DNA of 64,000 nt from Candidatus Eiseniibacteriota bacterium (GCA_963792585.1 CAWBWI010000003.1:320001-384000); one strand, 5' to 3'; shown: positions 20,865 to 30,609, counted from the stretch's first letter. A program made the numbers and translations. Notes: generated by a model from the sequence alone, not told the origin.

Positions 20865-22109
20865 CTAGCCGGAGTGAGCCGCCTCCGCCGCGTCGAGCCC
20901 GGATCGGATCGCTCCATCCACGCTCGGTTCGCGCGTGAAATCGCCGGCAAGGAGCAAGCCCTCGACTGCGGTGCGCGTCTTGGGCAACCGGGCCGCGAGG
21001 CCGGGAGGGAAGGCCCACTGCGCGGCCGGGATCTTGATCGTCCGCAGCCACCGCCAGGTATGGGTCATACCGTGCGGGAACCACCAGGCCATCTCCGTGC
21101 GGACGAGCTCGGATATGGCTCCCTCGTTCATGTCCGGCGTTCCGAGGATCGCCCCCATGAGGAGATGCTGTCCGGCCGGGGCGAGTTCGGGTGCCACGTG
21201 GGTCAGGACGGCAAAGTGGTTCGTCCAGCCATGAGCGTCTCCGCGAATGAAGAGACGCCGTTCCTCCGTCGGCGGGGTCTTCGCGGTGAAGTAGACGACC
21301 GTCGTCCCACGCGTCTCCAGGGCAGGGAGGTCCAGTCCGGCCAGCCGCGCGGCGTCGGACGGGCCGCACGCGAGGACGATCGTCTCGGCGCGCACCTCCT
21401 GTCCCGCAATCGTGAGGCCGGATGCGCGCCCTCCTTCGATCCGAAGCGCCTCGACGGGACAACCGAGGTGGATCGCTCCGGCGGGGATCCCCTCGGCCAC
21501 CTGCGCCGGGACGGCGCCGATCCCGCCGTGCGGAATCCCGACGGGAGAGGCCATGAAGGTCTTCACGATGGAGGCGAAATAGCGCGCGGAGTTCGAGAGA
21601 CTTCGATCCAGGAAGACGCCGCCAAAGAAAGGCTCGAAGAATGACTCGATCAAGTCCCGCGAGAAGCCGAGGGTGCGGAGGTGCTCCATGGTGCTCGTGT
21701 CGGGTGTCCGGTTCGGGTCGGCGGAACGGAGGTTTCGCAGCCGGAGCTTGTCCCTCCATGTCGCGTAAGGGAATCGGGCCGCCTCCAGAGTGTCAGAAAG
21801 CGGATAGAGATGTCCCCCCCTTGACACGACGCAGCCGGCATGGAATGGGCGAACGTCGAGTCGCCCGAGGTCGATTTCCTGAATCACGGCCGGATATCCG
21901 GTCAGGAACACGTGGAATCCATGATCCAGGCGGAAACCCTCGGGGAGGACCTCCGTACGCATGCGTCCCCCGATCGCCGGACCGGCCTCGAACAGATGAA
22001 CATCCCGACCGGCGCGCGCAAGGGCCCGCCCGCATGTCAGGCCGGCGAGGCCCGCCCCGATGATGGCGACCTGGACGGACGAAGGGAGGCTTCCGGCGCG
22101 TGGCTCCAC
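20865..22109 (-). CDS. FAD-dependent oxidoreductase (amine oxidase/protoporphyrinogen oxidase-like)
   Basis: IIGAGLAGL..A...FEA....GGR, LDHGFHV, and C-terminal LAGD....SVDGAIRSG. Confidence 0.85.
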   Translation of the reverse strand: MEPRAGSLPSSVQVAIIGAGLAGLTCGRALARAGRDVHLFEAGPAIGGRMRTEVLPEGFRLDHGFHVFLTGYPAVIQEIDLGRLDVRPFHAGCVVSRGGHLYPLSDTLEAARFPYATWRDKLRLRNLRSADPNRTPDTSTMEHLRTLGFSRDLIESFFEPFFGGVFLDRSLSNSARYFASIVKTFMASPVGIPHGGIGAVPAQVAEGIPAGAIHLGCPVEALRIEGGRASGLTIAGQEVRAETIVLACGPSDAARLAGLDLPALETRGTTVVYFTAKTPPTEERRLFIRGDAHGWTNHFAVLTHVAPELAPAGQHLLMGAILGTPDMNEGAISELVRTEMAWWFPHGMTHTWRWLRTIKIPAAQWAFPPGLAARLPKTRTAVEGLLLAGDFTREPSVDGAIRSGLDAAEAAHSG

Positions 22110-22111
22110 GG

Positions 22112-23770
22112 CTATTCCTCCAGAAGGCTCGGCTCGTACCCTTCCGGGGCCTCGAAGCCGAGCAGGTGAAAGGCGGTTGCGGCAACGTTGGCAAGTCCCG
22201 CCGCCGGCAGGTCGGATCTGAGCTTTCGAGCCGAGTCCGATGGATCGAAAACGATGAAGGGGACGGGGTTCAGACTGTGGCTCGATCGCGGTTTCGGCTG
22301 ACCGGTGTCCTTGTCGATTGCGAACGCGCCGGACTTGTCCCGCTCGTACATCTCGTCGGCGTTGCCGTGGTCCGCGGTAACGAGCGCGATTCCCTTCATC
22401 TCCTGGACGACGGTGAGGAGTCTTCCGAGCGAGAGATCGACCGCTTCGACCGCGTAGATGGTTGCGTCCCTGAAGGTGGTGTGCCCGACCATGTCGCCGT
22501 TGGCGTAGTTCAGCCGGACGAAAGGATACGGGCGGGTGCGGAGCGCCTCGATCACGGCGTCCGTGATCTCGGCCGCCTTCATCCAGGGCCGCTGTTGGAA
22601 GGGGACCTGGTCGGACGGGACCTCGATGTAGGTCTCGTAGGACTCATCGAACATCCCACCCCGGTTTCCGTTCCAGAAGTAGGTCACGTGCCCGTACTTT
22701 TGCGTCTCGCTGCACGCGAGTTGCGCAACGCCATTGCGGGCCAGGTACTCACCCATGGTGCGGTCGATCGTCGGCGGCGCGACCAGAAACGACTTCGGAA
22801 TCCTATAGTCGCCGTCGTACTGCATCATTCCTGCAAACGCGACCTCTGGACGCCGGCCACGGTCGAAGAACGGGAAATCGTCCTGCTCGAAAGCCCTGCA
22901 GATCTCGATTGCCCGATCGCCTCGAAAATTGAAGAAGATCACCCCCGCGCCGTCTTGGATCGGCCCGATCGGCTTCCCCTCCGTGTCCGTGACGACGAAC
23001 GCCGGTAGATTCTGATCGCCGACTCCTGGAATCTCCCGCCGGAAGGTCTCGATTGCTTCCCGCGCGGAGAGGAAGGGACGGGCCTGTCCTTGCACATGCG
23101 CGTTCCATCCTCGCTCGACGATTCTCCAGTCGGCCTCGTAGCGGTCCATTGTGGTGATCATCCGGCCGCCCCCGGAGGCGATTCGATACCGGCGCCCTCC
23201 GGCGCCGTCGTACTCAGCCAGCGCCGCCTCCAGCGTTGCGACAAACGGCAGTGCGGAGGTCGGGGGTACGTCGCGACCGTCGAGCAATGGGTGGACGAAG
23301 ACCTCGAGAATTCCGATCCTGGCCGCCTCGCGAATGAGCGCGATCAGATGATCAATGTGCGAGTGGACGTTCCCGTCGGATAGCAGACCGATCAGGTGCA
23401 ACGGGGTCTTCCGTTCCAGGCATCCCCGCATCAGGCGTTGCCAGACCTCGCCCCGGAAGAGGGATCCATCGGCCAGGGCTCTGTTGACGAGTTTGGCCCC
23501 TTGGTCGAAGACGCGGCCGGCACCGAGGGCGTTGTGGCCGACCTCCGAGTTGCCCATGTCCGTGTCGTCCGGAAGCCCCACCGCAGTGCCGTGTGCCCGG
23601 AGAGTCCTCCAGGGGAAGCGAGCGCGCAGGCTGTCCAGAACCGGCGTGCGCGCGAGGGCGACCGCGTCCCCTTGGTCCCCGGCCCCGATCCCGACGCCGT
23701 CCATCACGACCACGACCATCGGTCCCGCCGCAGGCACGATCCGGGCTCGACGTCTCAACGTCCAATCCAA
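22112..23770 (-). CDS. gpmI: 2,3-bisphosphoglycerate-independent phosphoglycerate mutase
   Basis: MGNSEVGH, SDGNVHSH, LDGRD, GGR...MDR, NFRGDR, ETQKYGHVTYF, NGDMVGH and TADHGN; TTG start at 23770 behind GGAGG. Confidence 0.95.
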   Translation of the reverse strand: MDWTLRRRARIVPAAGPMVVVVMDGVGIGAGDQGDAVALARTPVLDSLRARFPWRTLRAHGTAVGLPDDTDMGNSEVGHNALGAGRVFDQGAKLVNRALADGSLFRGEVWQRLMRGCLERKTPLHLIGLLSDGNVHSHIDHLIALIREAARIGILEVFVHPLLDGRDVPPTSALPFVATLEAALAEYDGAGGRRYRIASGGGRMITTMDRYEADWRIVERGWNAHVQGQARPFLSAREAIETFRREIPGVGDQNLPAFVVTDTEGKPIGPIQDGAGVIFFNFRGDRAIEICRAFEQDDFPFFDRGRRPEVAFAGMMQYDGDYRIPKSFLVAPPTIDRTMGEYLARNGVAQLACSETQKYGHVTYFWNGNRGGMFDESYETYIEVPSDQVPFQQRPWMKAAEITDAVIEALRTRPYPFVRLNYANGDMVGHTTFRDATIYAVEAVDLSLGRLLTVVQEMKGIALVTADHGNADEMYERDKSGAFAIDKDTGQPKPRSSHSLNPVPFIVFDPSDSARKLRSDLPAAGLANVAATAFHLLGFEAPEGYEPSLLEE

Positions 23771-23830
23771 GGGAACCTCCAGTTTGGTGGGAGAGCGAGT
23801 TCTAGCATAGCATCGGGCGGGGAGGGGCAG

Positions 23831-24220
23831 ATGAAGCAGACCGAATTCGTGGATTGGATCGAAGAAGTGCCGGTGGCGATCACCGTGACCGACGCCGAGG
23901 GGACGATTCTGGCGATGAACGCCTTTGCCGAGGCGACCTTCGCGGAGGATGGAGGCGCAGGGCTGATCGGGCGCAGCGTCTTCGATTGCCATCCGGAGCC
24001 AGCCCTCACGAGGACCCGAGAGCTGTATCGGGACCGGGCGGCCAACCACTACACGATCGAGAAGGCGGGTCGGCGGAAGATGATCCACCAGCTGCCTTGG
24101 TTCCAGGGGGGCGCGTTCGCGGGATTCGTCGAGATCTCGATCCCCGTTCCCGACTCGCTCCCCCACTTCATCCGGGAAGCATCGGAAGGGGGAGGCCAGG
24201 GTCAGGAGGGGGGGAAGTAG
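23831..24220 (+). CDS. Stand-alone PAS-domain protein
   Basis: GGAGG RBS; VAITVTDAEGTILAMN...LIGRSVFDCHP PAS pattern. Confidence 0.8.
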   Translation: MKQTEFVDWIEEVPVAITVTDAEGTILAMNAFAEATFAEDGGAGLIGRSVFDCHPEPALTRTRELYRDRAANHYTIEKAGRRKMIHQLPWFQGGAFAGFVEISIPVPDSLPHFIREASEGGGQGQEGGK

Positions 24221-25140
24221 ACCGTCCCCCGCTTGTGACCCTGCTTCCGGAGGACCCCCTCCTGAACGAGCCTGGCGAGGTTGTCCTTGATCGTGTTCCG
24301 GTTCGCCCCGGTGGTGCGCAGGACATCTCCCGCGGTCACCCTCCCATGGCGGTGCGCGATCGCAAGGATCGCCTCTTGAAGAGCGGATCGGGAGGCCAGG
24401 GTCTGGGAGGCAACCCAGCTCGCCTCGGCGCCGCGCCCAACCCCGATGAGCAGTTCCACAACCTCATCAAGCCAAATCCCGAGCTGCTCCTCGGGGTCGG
24501 ACGGTTCAAGCTCGGGTCCTCCAACCACCAGAGGCCTCCCGAGTCGATCCGGCTCGATCGGACCGAATAGAACCTGAACGTATCCCTTCTGCAACAACAT
24601 GAGACGTAATGCGATAGAGTATAGGTGTGAATTGGCACCATTCTGAAGCACCGCATTCTTGATGGAACCATAAAATGCCGATATCTCCAGAAGGGGAACT
24701 CCGCCGCTTTGGCGACCTATCAGTGCCGCCTGAAGTTGCAGGGCGAGGAGGTCTGCGGCGCCGGAAACCTCCATCGTGTCTTTCGAAATCTGGAGCAGGC
24801 GACAGATCTGTGCAACTCCGGCGTCCGTCCAGGGAAATGCCTCATACCAGCCATGGATGAACTGGACAGTGCGACCATAATGCCAAGCCTGGATTATTGT
24901 TGAGGCGCAATTCTCAGGTGGTTTCTCGGCGAGGAGGGTCTCGGGGAGCTTCGCCCCGGTTCGGAGTTCGGGGGGGACGGCGCCAAGAGCTGCCGCCAGA
25001 ATAGCGTCTCGTCTAACCGAGTCAAGCCGCACCGAGGGGCCGTGGAGTCTTGCCTCCCACCGCCCTCGGTCCCGTTCGACGGCCGAGAGGGATTCCCATC
25101 GGTCGAGATTTAGGTAAAAGTCGGTGGTTTGGGTGACCAT
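24202..25140 (-). CDS. Degenerate Fic-like protein with C-terminal winged helix
   Basis: C-terminal HGRVTAGDVLRTTGANRNTIKDNLARLVQEGVL...G..RGTVY and PLLEISAF...LMLLQKGY resemble Fic+wHTH proteins, but the HPFxxGNGR motif is absent. Confidence 0.55.
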   Translation of the reverse strand: MVTQTTDFYLNLDRWESLSAVERDRGRWEARLHGPSVRLDSVRRDAILAAALGAVPPELRTGAKLPETLLAEKPPENCASTIIQAWHYGRTVQFIHGWYEAFPWTDAGVAQICRLLQISKDTMEVSGAADLLALQLQAALIGRQSGGVPLLEISAFYGSIKNAVLQNGANSHLYSIALRLMLLQKGYVQVLFGPIEPDRLGRPLVVGGPELEPSDPEEQLGIWLDEVVELLIGVGRGAEASWVASQTLASRSALQEAILAIAHRHGRVTAGDVLRTTGANRNTIKDNLARLVQEGVLRKQGHKRGTVYFPPS

Positions 25141-25223
25141 AGGACCCCTATTACCGCGAATCCTGCGATCGGGCAAGCATGATCTTCGATTTTTGTATGG
25201 GTGGATCTGGTTGGAGCCATGGA

Positions 25224-25580
25224 TCAGTCGGAGTCCTGCGGATGGACTGCTCCTCGACCTTTCTTCGTCAAAGAGCGTCGCACCTTCTCCGCGAGTCGTC
25301 TCTCCTTGGAGCCCGATGTGGGGCGTGTGGAGACTCTGGGCTTGGGTTTGTGTGCCCTGGCCTCGAGCGCGTCCCGGATCCTCTCCAACGCCCGCAGCTT
25401 GTTGGCCGACTGGCTTCGGCTTTCGGTCGCGATGCGGACGATCCCCGTCGGGAGGTGCTTGACCCGGACCGATGACTCCGTCTTGTTCTTCTTCTGGCCG
25501 CCGGGACCCGAGGACTTGTAGGGGGTGACCTCACAATCTTCGATCAGGTCGAGGAGGTCCCGTGTCCAGCGATGGGCCAT
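25224..25580 (-). CDS. Peptide chain release factor-like protein (RF-1 GGQ domain, ArfB-like ribosome rescue)
   Basis: SSGPGGQKKNKTESSVR.KHLPTGI....ESRSQ..N motif plus basic tail RPTSGSKERRLAEK. Confidence 0.88.
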   Translation of the reverse strand: MAHRWTRDLLDLIEDCEVTPYKSSGPGGQKKNKTESSVRVKHLPTGIVRIATESRSQSANKLRALERIRDALEARAHKPKPRVSTRPTSGSKERRLAEKVRRSLTKKGRGAVHPQDSD

Positions 25581-25588
25581 GGGGACCC

Positions 25589-25999
25589 TTACCCGCCGAA
25601 GACCGTAACGACGATCTCCCGGACGGCTCGGGGGCCGTCGAACTCGCAGAGGAATATGTTCTGCCAGCGACCCAGGACCAGGTCCCCGTCCCGAACCGGA
25701 ATGACCTCCGAGGGGCCCAGGGAGGCTGACTTGATGTGGGCGGCGCCATTGTCGTCGATCCGGTCATGACGCCACCGACCCTCCGGGACGAGCCGATCCA
25801 TCGCATCCAGGAAGTCGTCCAGGAGCTGGGGGTCGTCGTTCTCGTTGACGATGATCGCCGCGGTCGAACCGGCGACGAAGACGTTGCAGATCCCCAGGAC
25901 GATCCCGCTCTCGCGTACGATCTTGCGGACCGCTTCGGTCATGTCGACCAGTTCCCTGCGCCGGGACGTCTTGAGCTTCAGTGTTTCCTGAACAGTCAT
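25589..25999 (-). CDS. yjbQ: YjbQ/UPF0047 family protein
   Basis: STAAIIVNENDDP, DNGAAHIK and LGRWQNIFLCEFDGPR. Confidence 0.9.
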   Translation of the reverse strand: MTVQETLKLKTSRRRELVDMTEAVRKIVRESGIVLGICNVFVAGSTAAIIVNENDDPQLLDDFLDAMDRLVPEGRWRHDRIDDNGAAHIKSASLGPSEVIPVRDGDLVLGRWQNIFLCEFDGPRAVREIVVTVFGG

Positions 26000-26073
26000 G
26001 TGCGCTTCCTTGCGACTCCTTCCGGCGGCAGCATAGCATAGCGGGACTGCAATCACCCGAACAGGGAGGGTCC

Positions 26074-27030
26074 ATGATCCGCATCCAGCGGGACGGTGTC
26101 GAGATCGCGCTGACCTACGAGGAGTTCATCCGGGAGGTGCGCGAGGGCAGAGTCACTCCCGAGACGCTGGTCCGGAGCGACGTCCTGACGATGGGGGCCT
26201 GGAAGCCCGCCGGGCAACTCCAGTTCTTTCGCTCCTGGGCGCCTACCGCGAACCTCCCGCCCGACACGGACCCCCCCGGGCCGATCCCTCCTCCGGAGCG
26301 GACGTCCCCGGAGGAGCCTCAGGACCGAGACCGCTCCACGACCGTTCGGATGCCGCCGTGGGACCCGGAGACGGCAGACGAGTCTCTCCCGTGGGAGAGA
26401 ATCGAGCGGGTGGGTTTCTTCCGCGCCTTCACGTCCACGATCCGACTGGCCCTGACCAAGGCCGATGCCTTCGGTCGGGGGATCGCGGCGGGGGAGGTTG
26501 TCATGCCCTCGCTGGTCTTCGGCCTGCTGGTGACGGCGATCGCAGCCATCTTCGACGCCTTCTATGCGGTCGGCGCGCTGAAGTTCGCCGGCCCCATGAT
26601 CGAGCAGATGAGCTCCACGTTGCCCGGAATCTTCGGTCCGGCCGGCCCGCCCACCGCGCGCGATATCCTCTTCCAGCACGGGATGGGGATTCTCTTCTAC
26701 CCGGCATTGGTCTTTGTCTGGGGGGGTGTGGTCCATCTGCTCCTTCGGCTCTTCGGCAAGCCCGAACGGGGATTCGCGGCGACGCTGCGCGTCGCCAACT
26801 ACTCGATGGCGCCGCAGATTCTCACGATTCTGCCGGTCTGCGGAAGCCTGGTTGGTTGGGTCTGGACGATCATCCTCATCGTCCGCGGTCTCATGATCGC
26901 CCACCGGACCAGTGGCGCAAGCGCCACCGCCGCAGCCCTTCTGCCCTTGCTCGGATTTTGTCTCTGGATGCTGCTCGCGAACTTGCAGTCCATGTTGCAG
27001 GCACTTCCCCGTACGGGGATCGGCTCGTAA
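26074..27030 (+). CDS. YIP1-family membrane protein with GYF_2-like N-terminus
   Basis: GGGAGG RBS; GRVTPETLV....GAWKPA, Pro-rich linker, LPWER, F.ATLRVANYS, PVCG and several TM helices. Confidence 0.7.
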   Translation: MIRIQRDGVEIALTYEEFIREVREGRVTPETLVRSDVLTMGAWKPAGQLQFFRSWAPTANLPPDTDPPGPIPPPERTSPEEPQDRDRSTTVRMPPWDPETADESLPWERIERVGFFRAFTSTIRLALTKADAFGRGIAAGEVVMPSLVFGLLVTAIAAIFDAFYAVGALKFAGPMIEQMSSTLPGIFGPAGPPTARDILFQHGMGILFYPALVFVWGGVVHLLLRLFGKPERGFAATLRVANYSMAPQILTILPVCGSLVGWVWTIILIVRGLMIAHRTSGASATAAALLPLLGFCLWMLLANLQSMLQALPRTGIGS

Positions 27031-27044
27031 AGGGAGGAGACCCC

Positions 27045-27458
27045 GTGCTCGACAACTGGTTTTCTCCAGGCGCGCGGTTCGCCCCGGTCTTCTTGCGTGT
27101 GGTGGTCGGAGTCGTCGCGGTTCTGCATGGGTGGCCGAAGATGAAGGCTCTGGGGACGTTCATCGAGAAGGTCGACAAGATGGGGGTGCCGATTGCCCCT
27201 GTCTTTGCGACAGCCGCCGCCCTCGCGGAGTTTCTTGGCGGACTCGCGCTGATCATCGGTCTCTTCACCCGCTACGCCGCCTTTTCCTTCGCGTGCGTGA
27301 TGGCCGTAGCCGTCTTCAAGGTCCACCAGCCGAGTGGCTTCTTCGCCAAGGGAAATGGATACGAGTACCCGCTCGTCCTGCTCGTCGCGGCGGTCTCCCT
27401 GATCTTCAGCGGAGCCGGTCCGATATCGCTCGACCGGATGTTTGGGAGGAAGAAGTAG
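27045..27458 (+). CDS. DoxX family membrane protein
   Basis: LRVVVG...HGWPK, EFLGGLALIIGLFTR, GNGYEYP and GAGPISLD; GTG behind GGGAGGAG. Confidence 0.9.
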   Translation: MLDNWFSPGARFAPVFLRVVVGVVAVLHGWPKMKALGTFIEKVDKMGVPIAPVFATAAALAEFLGGLALIIGLFTRYAAFSFACVMAVAVFKVHQPSGFFAKGNGYEYPLVLLVAAVSLIFSGAGPISLDRMFGRKK

Positions 27459-27550
27459 ACCCCGGGGGAGGCGCTTCCCCGCCGGGGTCGGGGCGCGGGC
27501 AAACCGTCCGCGCGGAAGCGACCTCGACCTTCGCGTTCCAGATTCTCAAC

Positions 27551-28792
27551 ATGGTCGCCGGGGCGATCACGAACATCGTGATCGCACGCACGCTCGGTCC
27601 CCCGGGGAAGGGGGTGCTGGCCCTGCTCGGGTACGGCGTCTTCGTGGCGACGAGTCTCGGCGCGCTCGGGCTCCAGGCGGCTTCCGTCTACTTGATCGGC
27701 AAGGGTCGTTATTCCAAAGAAGATATCGCCGGTAGTGCGACCGTCATCAGCCTGGCGACGGGCATCATCTGCGCGGTGGGGACCTGGATCCTGCTGCCGC
27801 GCTTCCAGGGAACGATACCGCTCACGCCGTTGATGATCGGGGCGACGGCCTTGGTTGTCCCGCCGGCACTGTTGCGCCTCAATCTGAGCGGCATCTTCCT
27901 TGGAACAGGCCGGATGCTGGCCTACAACCTCTCCCTGACGGGGCTGTCGTTGGCATGGATGCTCGGCACGTTTGTCCTGCTCGTGCCCCTTCGGGGCGAC
28001 GTTCAAGAGGCGGCGCTCCTCTGGTCGGGGATCCAGATCGCCGGATCGTTGATCACACTCGCGGTGGTCTATGCGGGGGCTCCGCCTCACTTCGGGGTTC
28101 TGCGGGACTGCCTGAGGGCGTCGCTCGACTTCGGGCTCCGCACCTATGCTGCGAACCTGATCTGGATCATGGTATTGCGCGTCGATAGCTTCATTCTCGC
28201 CGCCTACCGATCCGCGGCCGAAGTCGGGATCTACTCGGTGGCGGTCCTCGTCGCCGAGGTGGCGCTTCACCTGCCGAGGTCGCTGACCCTGGTCCTGACG
28301 AGGCGGTTCGCCCAGGGAGAGATGCTCCCCGCCGCCCGTCTCGCGGCCCGAGCATCGCGGCTCGGGAGCATGGCGGTCTTCGGTCTGGGGATCGCCCTGG
28401 CCCTTCTGGCTCGACCGATCATTCCATTCATCTTTGGACGGGGATTCGCCTCCTCGGTCTCGCCACTTCTCTGGTTGATCCCGGGGATCGTTTCCCTGGC
28501 GATCGCCTCTCCGTTGTCGCTCTACCTGGTCCAACAGCGGGGCAAGCCGGTCTGGACGGGCGCCTCGGCCCTCGTCTCCCTGGCGGTCAACGTGGGACTG
28601 AACCTGATCTGGATCCCGGGACACGGCGTGGTGGGGGCGGCCTGGGCCTCGAGCATTGCCTACACGATCCACGCGGGGATCATCTCGGTGCTCTTCCGGA
28701 ACGAGACCGGTTTGAGTTGGGGACATCTCATCTTGCCCAGGCGAGACGACTTCCGGACGTGGATCGACCTCATATCACGACGCGGATCGTGA
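27551..28792 (+). CDS. Wzx-like oligosaccharide flippase (true start may be somewhat upstream)
   Basis: IARTLGPPGKG, RVDSFIL, VGIYSVA, LNLIWIP.HGVVGAAWAS; many TM helices. First in-frame ATG after the DoxX stop used. Confidence 0.8.
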   Translation: MVAGAITNIVIARTLGPPGKGVLALLGYGVFVATSLGALGLQAASVYLIGKGRYSKEDIAGSATVISLATGIICAVGTWILLPRFQGTIPLTPLMIGATALVVPPALLRLNLSGIFLGTGRMLAYNLSLTGLSLAWMLGTFVLLVPLRGDVQEAALLWSGIQIAGSLITLAVVYAGAPPHFGVLRDCLRASLDFGLRTYAANLIWIMVLRVDSFILAAYRSAAEVGIYSVAVLVAEVALHLPRSLTLVLTRRFAQGEMLPAARLAARASRLGSMAVFGLGIALALLARPIIPFIFGRGFASSVSPLLWLIPGIVSLAIASPLSLYLVQQRGKPVWTGASALVSLAVNVGLNLIWIPGHGVVGAAWASSIAYTIHAGIISVLFRNETGLSWGHLILPRRDDFRTWIDLISRRGS

Positions 28793-28821
28793 TAGGCTAT
28801 TCCGGGCAACGAGGAGGGCGT

Positions 28822-29238
28822 ATGGAGTCGATTGCTCAATGGGTGGGTGGGTTGAAGTTCGAAGCGACCTTCTCAACCGGTCACACAGTTGCGATGGACA
28901 CCTCGCCGGAGCAAGGCGGGGAGAACGAGGGGCCGCGGCCGATCGAAATGCTGCTCGCCGGGCTTGCCGGCTGCACCGGTATGGATGTGCTCGCGATCCT
29001 GCGCAAGAAGCGGCAGGACATCAAGGCATTCCGCGTGCTGGTGCGTGGAGATCGGCGCGAGGAGCACCCGAAGATCTTCACGAAGCTCCACGTGATCTAC
29101 GAGGTCACGGGCAAAGGAGTCGATATCGAAGGGGTGCGCCAGGCCGTTCTCCTCTCCGAGGAGAAGTACTGCTCGGTGGCGGCGATGCTCCGCTCCGCGG
29201 CGCCGATCACGTCCGAAGTCCGCGTTCTGGAGGCCTGA
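28822..29238 (+). CDS. OsmC/YhfA family protein
   Basis: GPRPIEMLLAGLAGCTGMDV and LSEEKYCSV; GAGGAGG RBS. Confidence 0.9.
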   Translation: MESIAQWVGGLKFEATFSTGHTVAMDTSPEQGGENEGPRPIEMLLAGLAGCTGMDVLAILRKKRQDIKAFRVLVRGDRREEHPKIFTKLHVIYEVTGKGVDIEGVRQAVLLSEEKYCSVAAMLRSAAPITSEVRVLEA

Positions 29239-29711
29239 TCACGCCTCGAGCGAGCGTTCCGGAGCGGGTGCTCCTCTACACCGACGGCGCCTGCTCGGGC
29301 AATCCCGGTCCAGGTGGTTGGGCGGTGATCCTCGTCCACCCCACGTCGGGGAAGCGACGAGAGATCTCGGGAGCCGAACGGCTCACGACGAACAACCGGA
29401 TGGAACTGACCGCTGCCATCGAAGGCCTTCGAACGTTGAAGCGGCCCGCAAACGTCGAGGTCTACAGCGATTCGCGTTACGTCGTTCAAGGTATGTCCGA
29501 GTGGATCCATGACTGGATCCGGCGTGGGTGGAAGACCGCCGCGAAGAAGCCGGTCTTGAACGAGGATCTCTGGCGTAAGCTGTATCGACTGTCCGGCGAG
29601 CAGGCGTCCGCGAGTTTCCACTGGGTCGCCGGGCACTCAGGGCACGAGGAGAACGAACGCTGCGATGAGCTGGCGGTGAAGGCGTATCAGGAACTCATGG
29701 GCCGATCCTGA
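29235..29711 (+). CDS. rnhA: Ribonuclease HI (start approximate)
   Basis: YTDGACSGNPGPGGW, TTNNRMELTA, DSRYV, WVAGHSGH.ENERCD. Confidence 0.95.
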   Translation: MITPRASVPERVLLYTDGACSGNPGPGGWAVILVHPTSGKRREISGAERLTTNNRMELTAAIEGLRTLKRPANVEVYSDSRYVVQGMSEWIHDWIRRGWKTAAKKPVLNEDLWRKLYRLSGEQASASFHWVAGHSGHEENERCDELAVKAYQELMGRS

Positions 29712-29945
29712 GGATCCGTCAAACCCAGCGCGACCCGCAGCCTCGCCGCGATCTCCTCCGGCACCTCTTCGCGTTCCAAGCACCAGTACGAGTTCGAGCG
29801 TGCCGCGAAGCGACAGGGCTTGGTCGCGGCAGTCCGCGCAGGATTCCAGGTGCTGCGCGACCTCCCTGCAGAACGGCGAGGTTTCGCGTCTTCCCGCATC
29901 TGCGCAGATCTTCTTCAGGATGTCCGCGCAACGTTCACTTGCCAT
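29687..29945 (-). CDS. Zinc-binding (zf-HC2/ZAS) anti-sigma factor, with one extra base near 29789
   Basis: C..IL...C.....C.EV.QHLESCADC (HxxxCxxC); removing one base joins ...GTLEL to YWCLEREEVPEEIAARLR; overlaps the sigma gene stop. Confidence 0.8.
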
Positions 29946-30555
29946 CGTTCCGTCCTTCCAGATAGTCCGCCAGGTGATCTCGCAAGAAGAGCCGGGCGCG
30001 GTGGAGATCGGTCTTGAGGGCCGCGAGGGTGACCCCGGCGGACATTGCGGCTTCCTTGAGCGTCAGTCCCTCGATGTCGACGAGAACGAACGCTGCGCGG
30101 TGCTTCGGCGGGAGTTCGCCGATCGCCGCCTCGAGGCGGCCACGCAACTCACGGTTCTCCAGAAGCGCGTGGGGATTCTCCTCGAGAGAGCGCGTCATCG
30201 GGGCAAGGTTGCGGGAGGGGTCGGTCTCCAACTGCTCGAGATCGACGAAGGTCCGGCCACCGCGGGCGCGGAGTCGCTGCAATGCTTCATTGGTCGCGAT
30301 CCTGTAGATCCAGGTCGTGAGTCGCGACCCGGAGCGGAATCGGGGCAGCGACTTGAAGACCTTCAGGAAGGTTTCCTGCAGGACGACCGCGGCTTCGTCG
30401 GGATCGCCGGTCAACCGCATGGAGAGGTTGTAGACCATCTTCTGGTACCTGAGGACGATCTCCTCACGGGCACGGGAGTCGCCCGCGACTGCGGCACGAA
30501 CGAGCGCCGTCTCGTCGATCGGGAGGAGTGGGGCCCGTGGATCACGCGCGTCCGT
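29935..30555 (-). CDS. ECF sigma-70 factor; start codon unresolved (ACG at 30555 behind GGAGG, or read-through from upstream)
   Basis: DETALVRAAVAGD..A.EEIV.RYQKMVY, QETFLK, FRSGSRLTTWIYRIATN, LPPKHRAAFVLVDIEGL, KTDLHRAR. The conserved N-terminal helix lies upstream of the first ATG (30438). Confidence 0.9.
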   Translation of the reverse strand, partial: TDARDPRAPLLPIDETALVRAAVAGDSRAREEIVLRYQKMVYNLSMRLTGDPDEAAVVLQETFLKVFKSLPRFRSGSRLTTWIYRIATNEALQRLRARGGRTFVDLEQLETDPSRNLAPMTRSLEENPHALLENRELRGRLEAAIGELPPKHRAAFVLVDIEGLTLKEAAMSAGVTLAALKTDLHRARLFLRDHLADYLEGRNDGK

Positions 30556-30609
30556 GCGAAACCTCCGTGTCTCCGCTTCCGTGGTGGAGGAGAGGTTACC
30601 GCGGAGGGC

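Noticed and set aside
23771..24166. N-terminal 130-aa extension of gpmI in the ORF track
   Set aside because: It is antisense to the PAS gene; a TTG with a GGAGG RBS at 23770 fits better.
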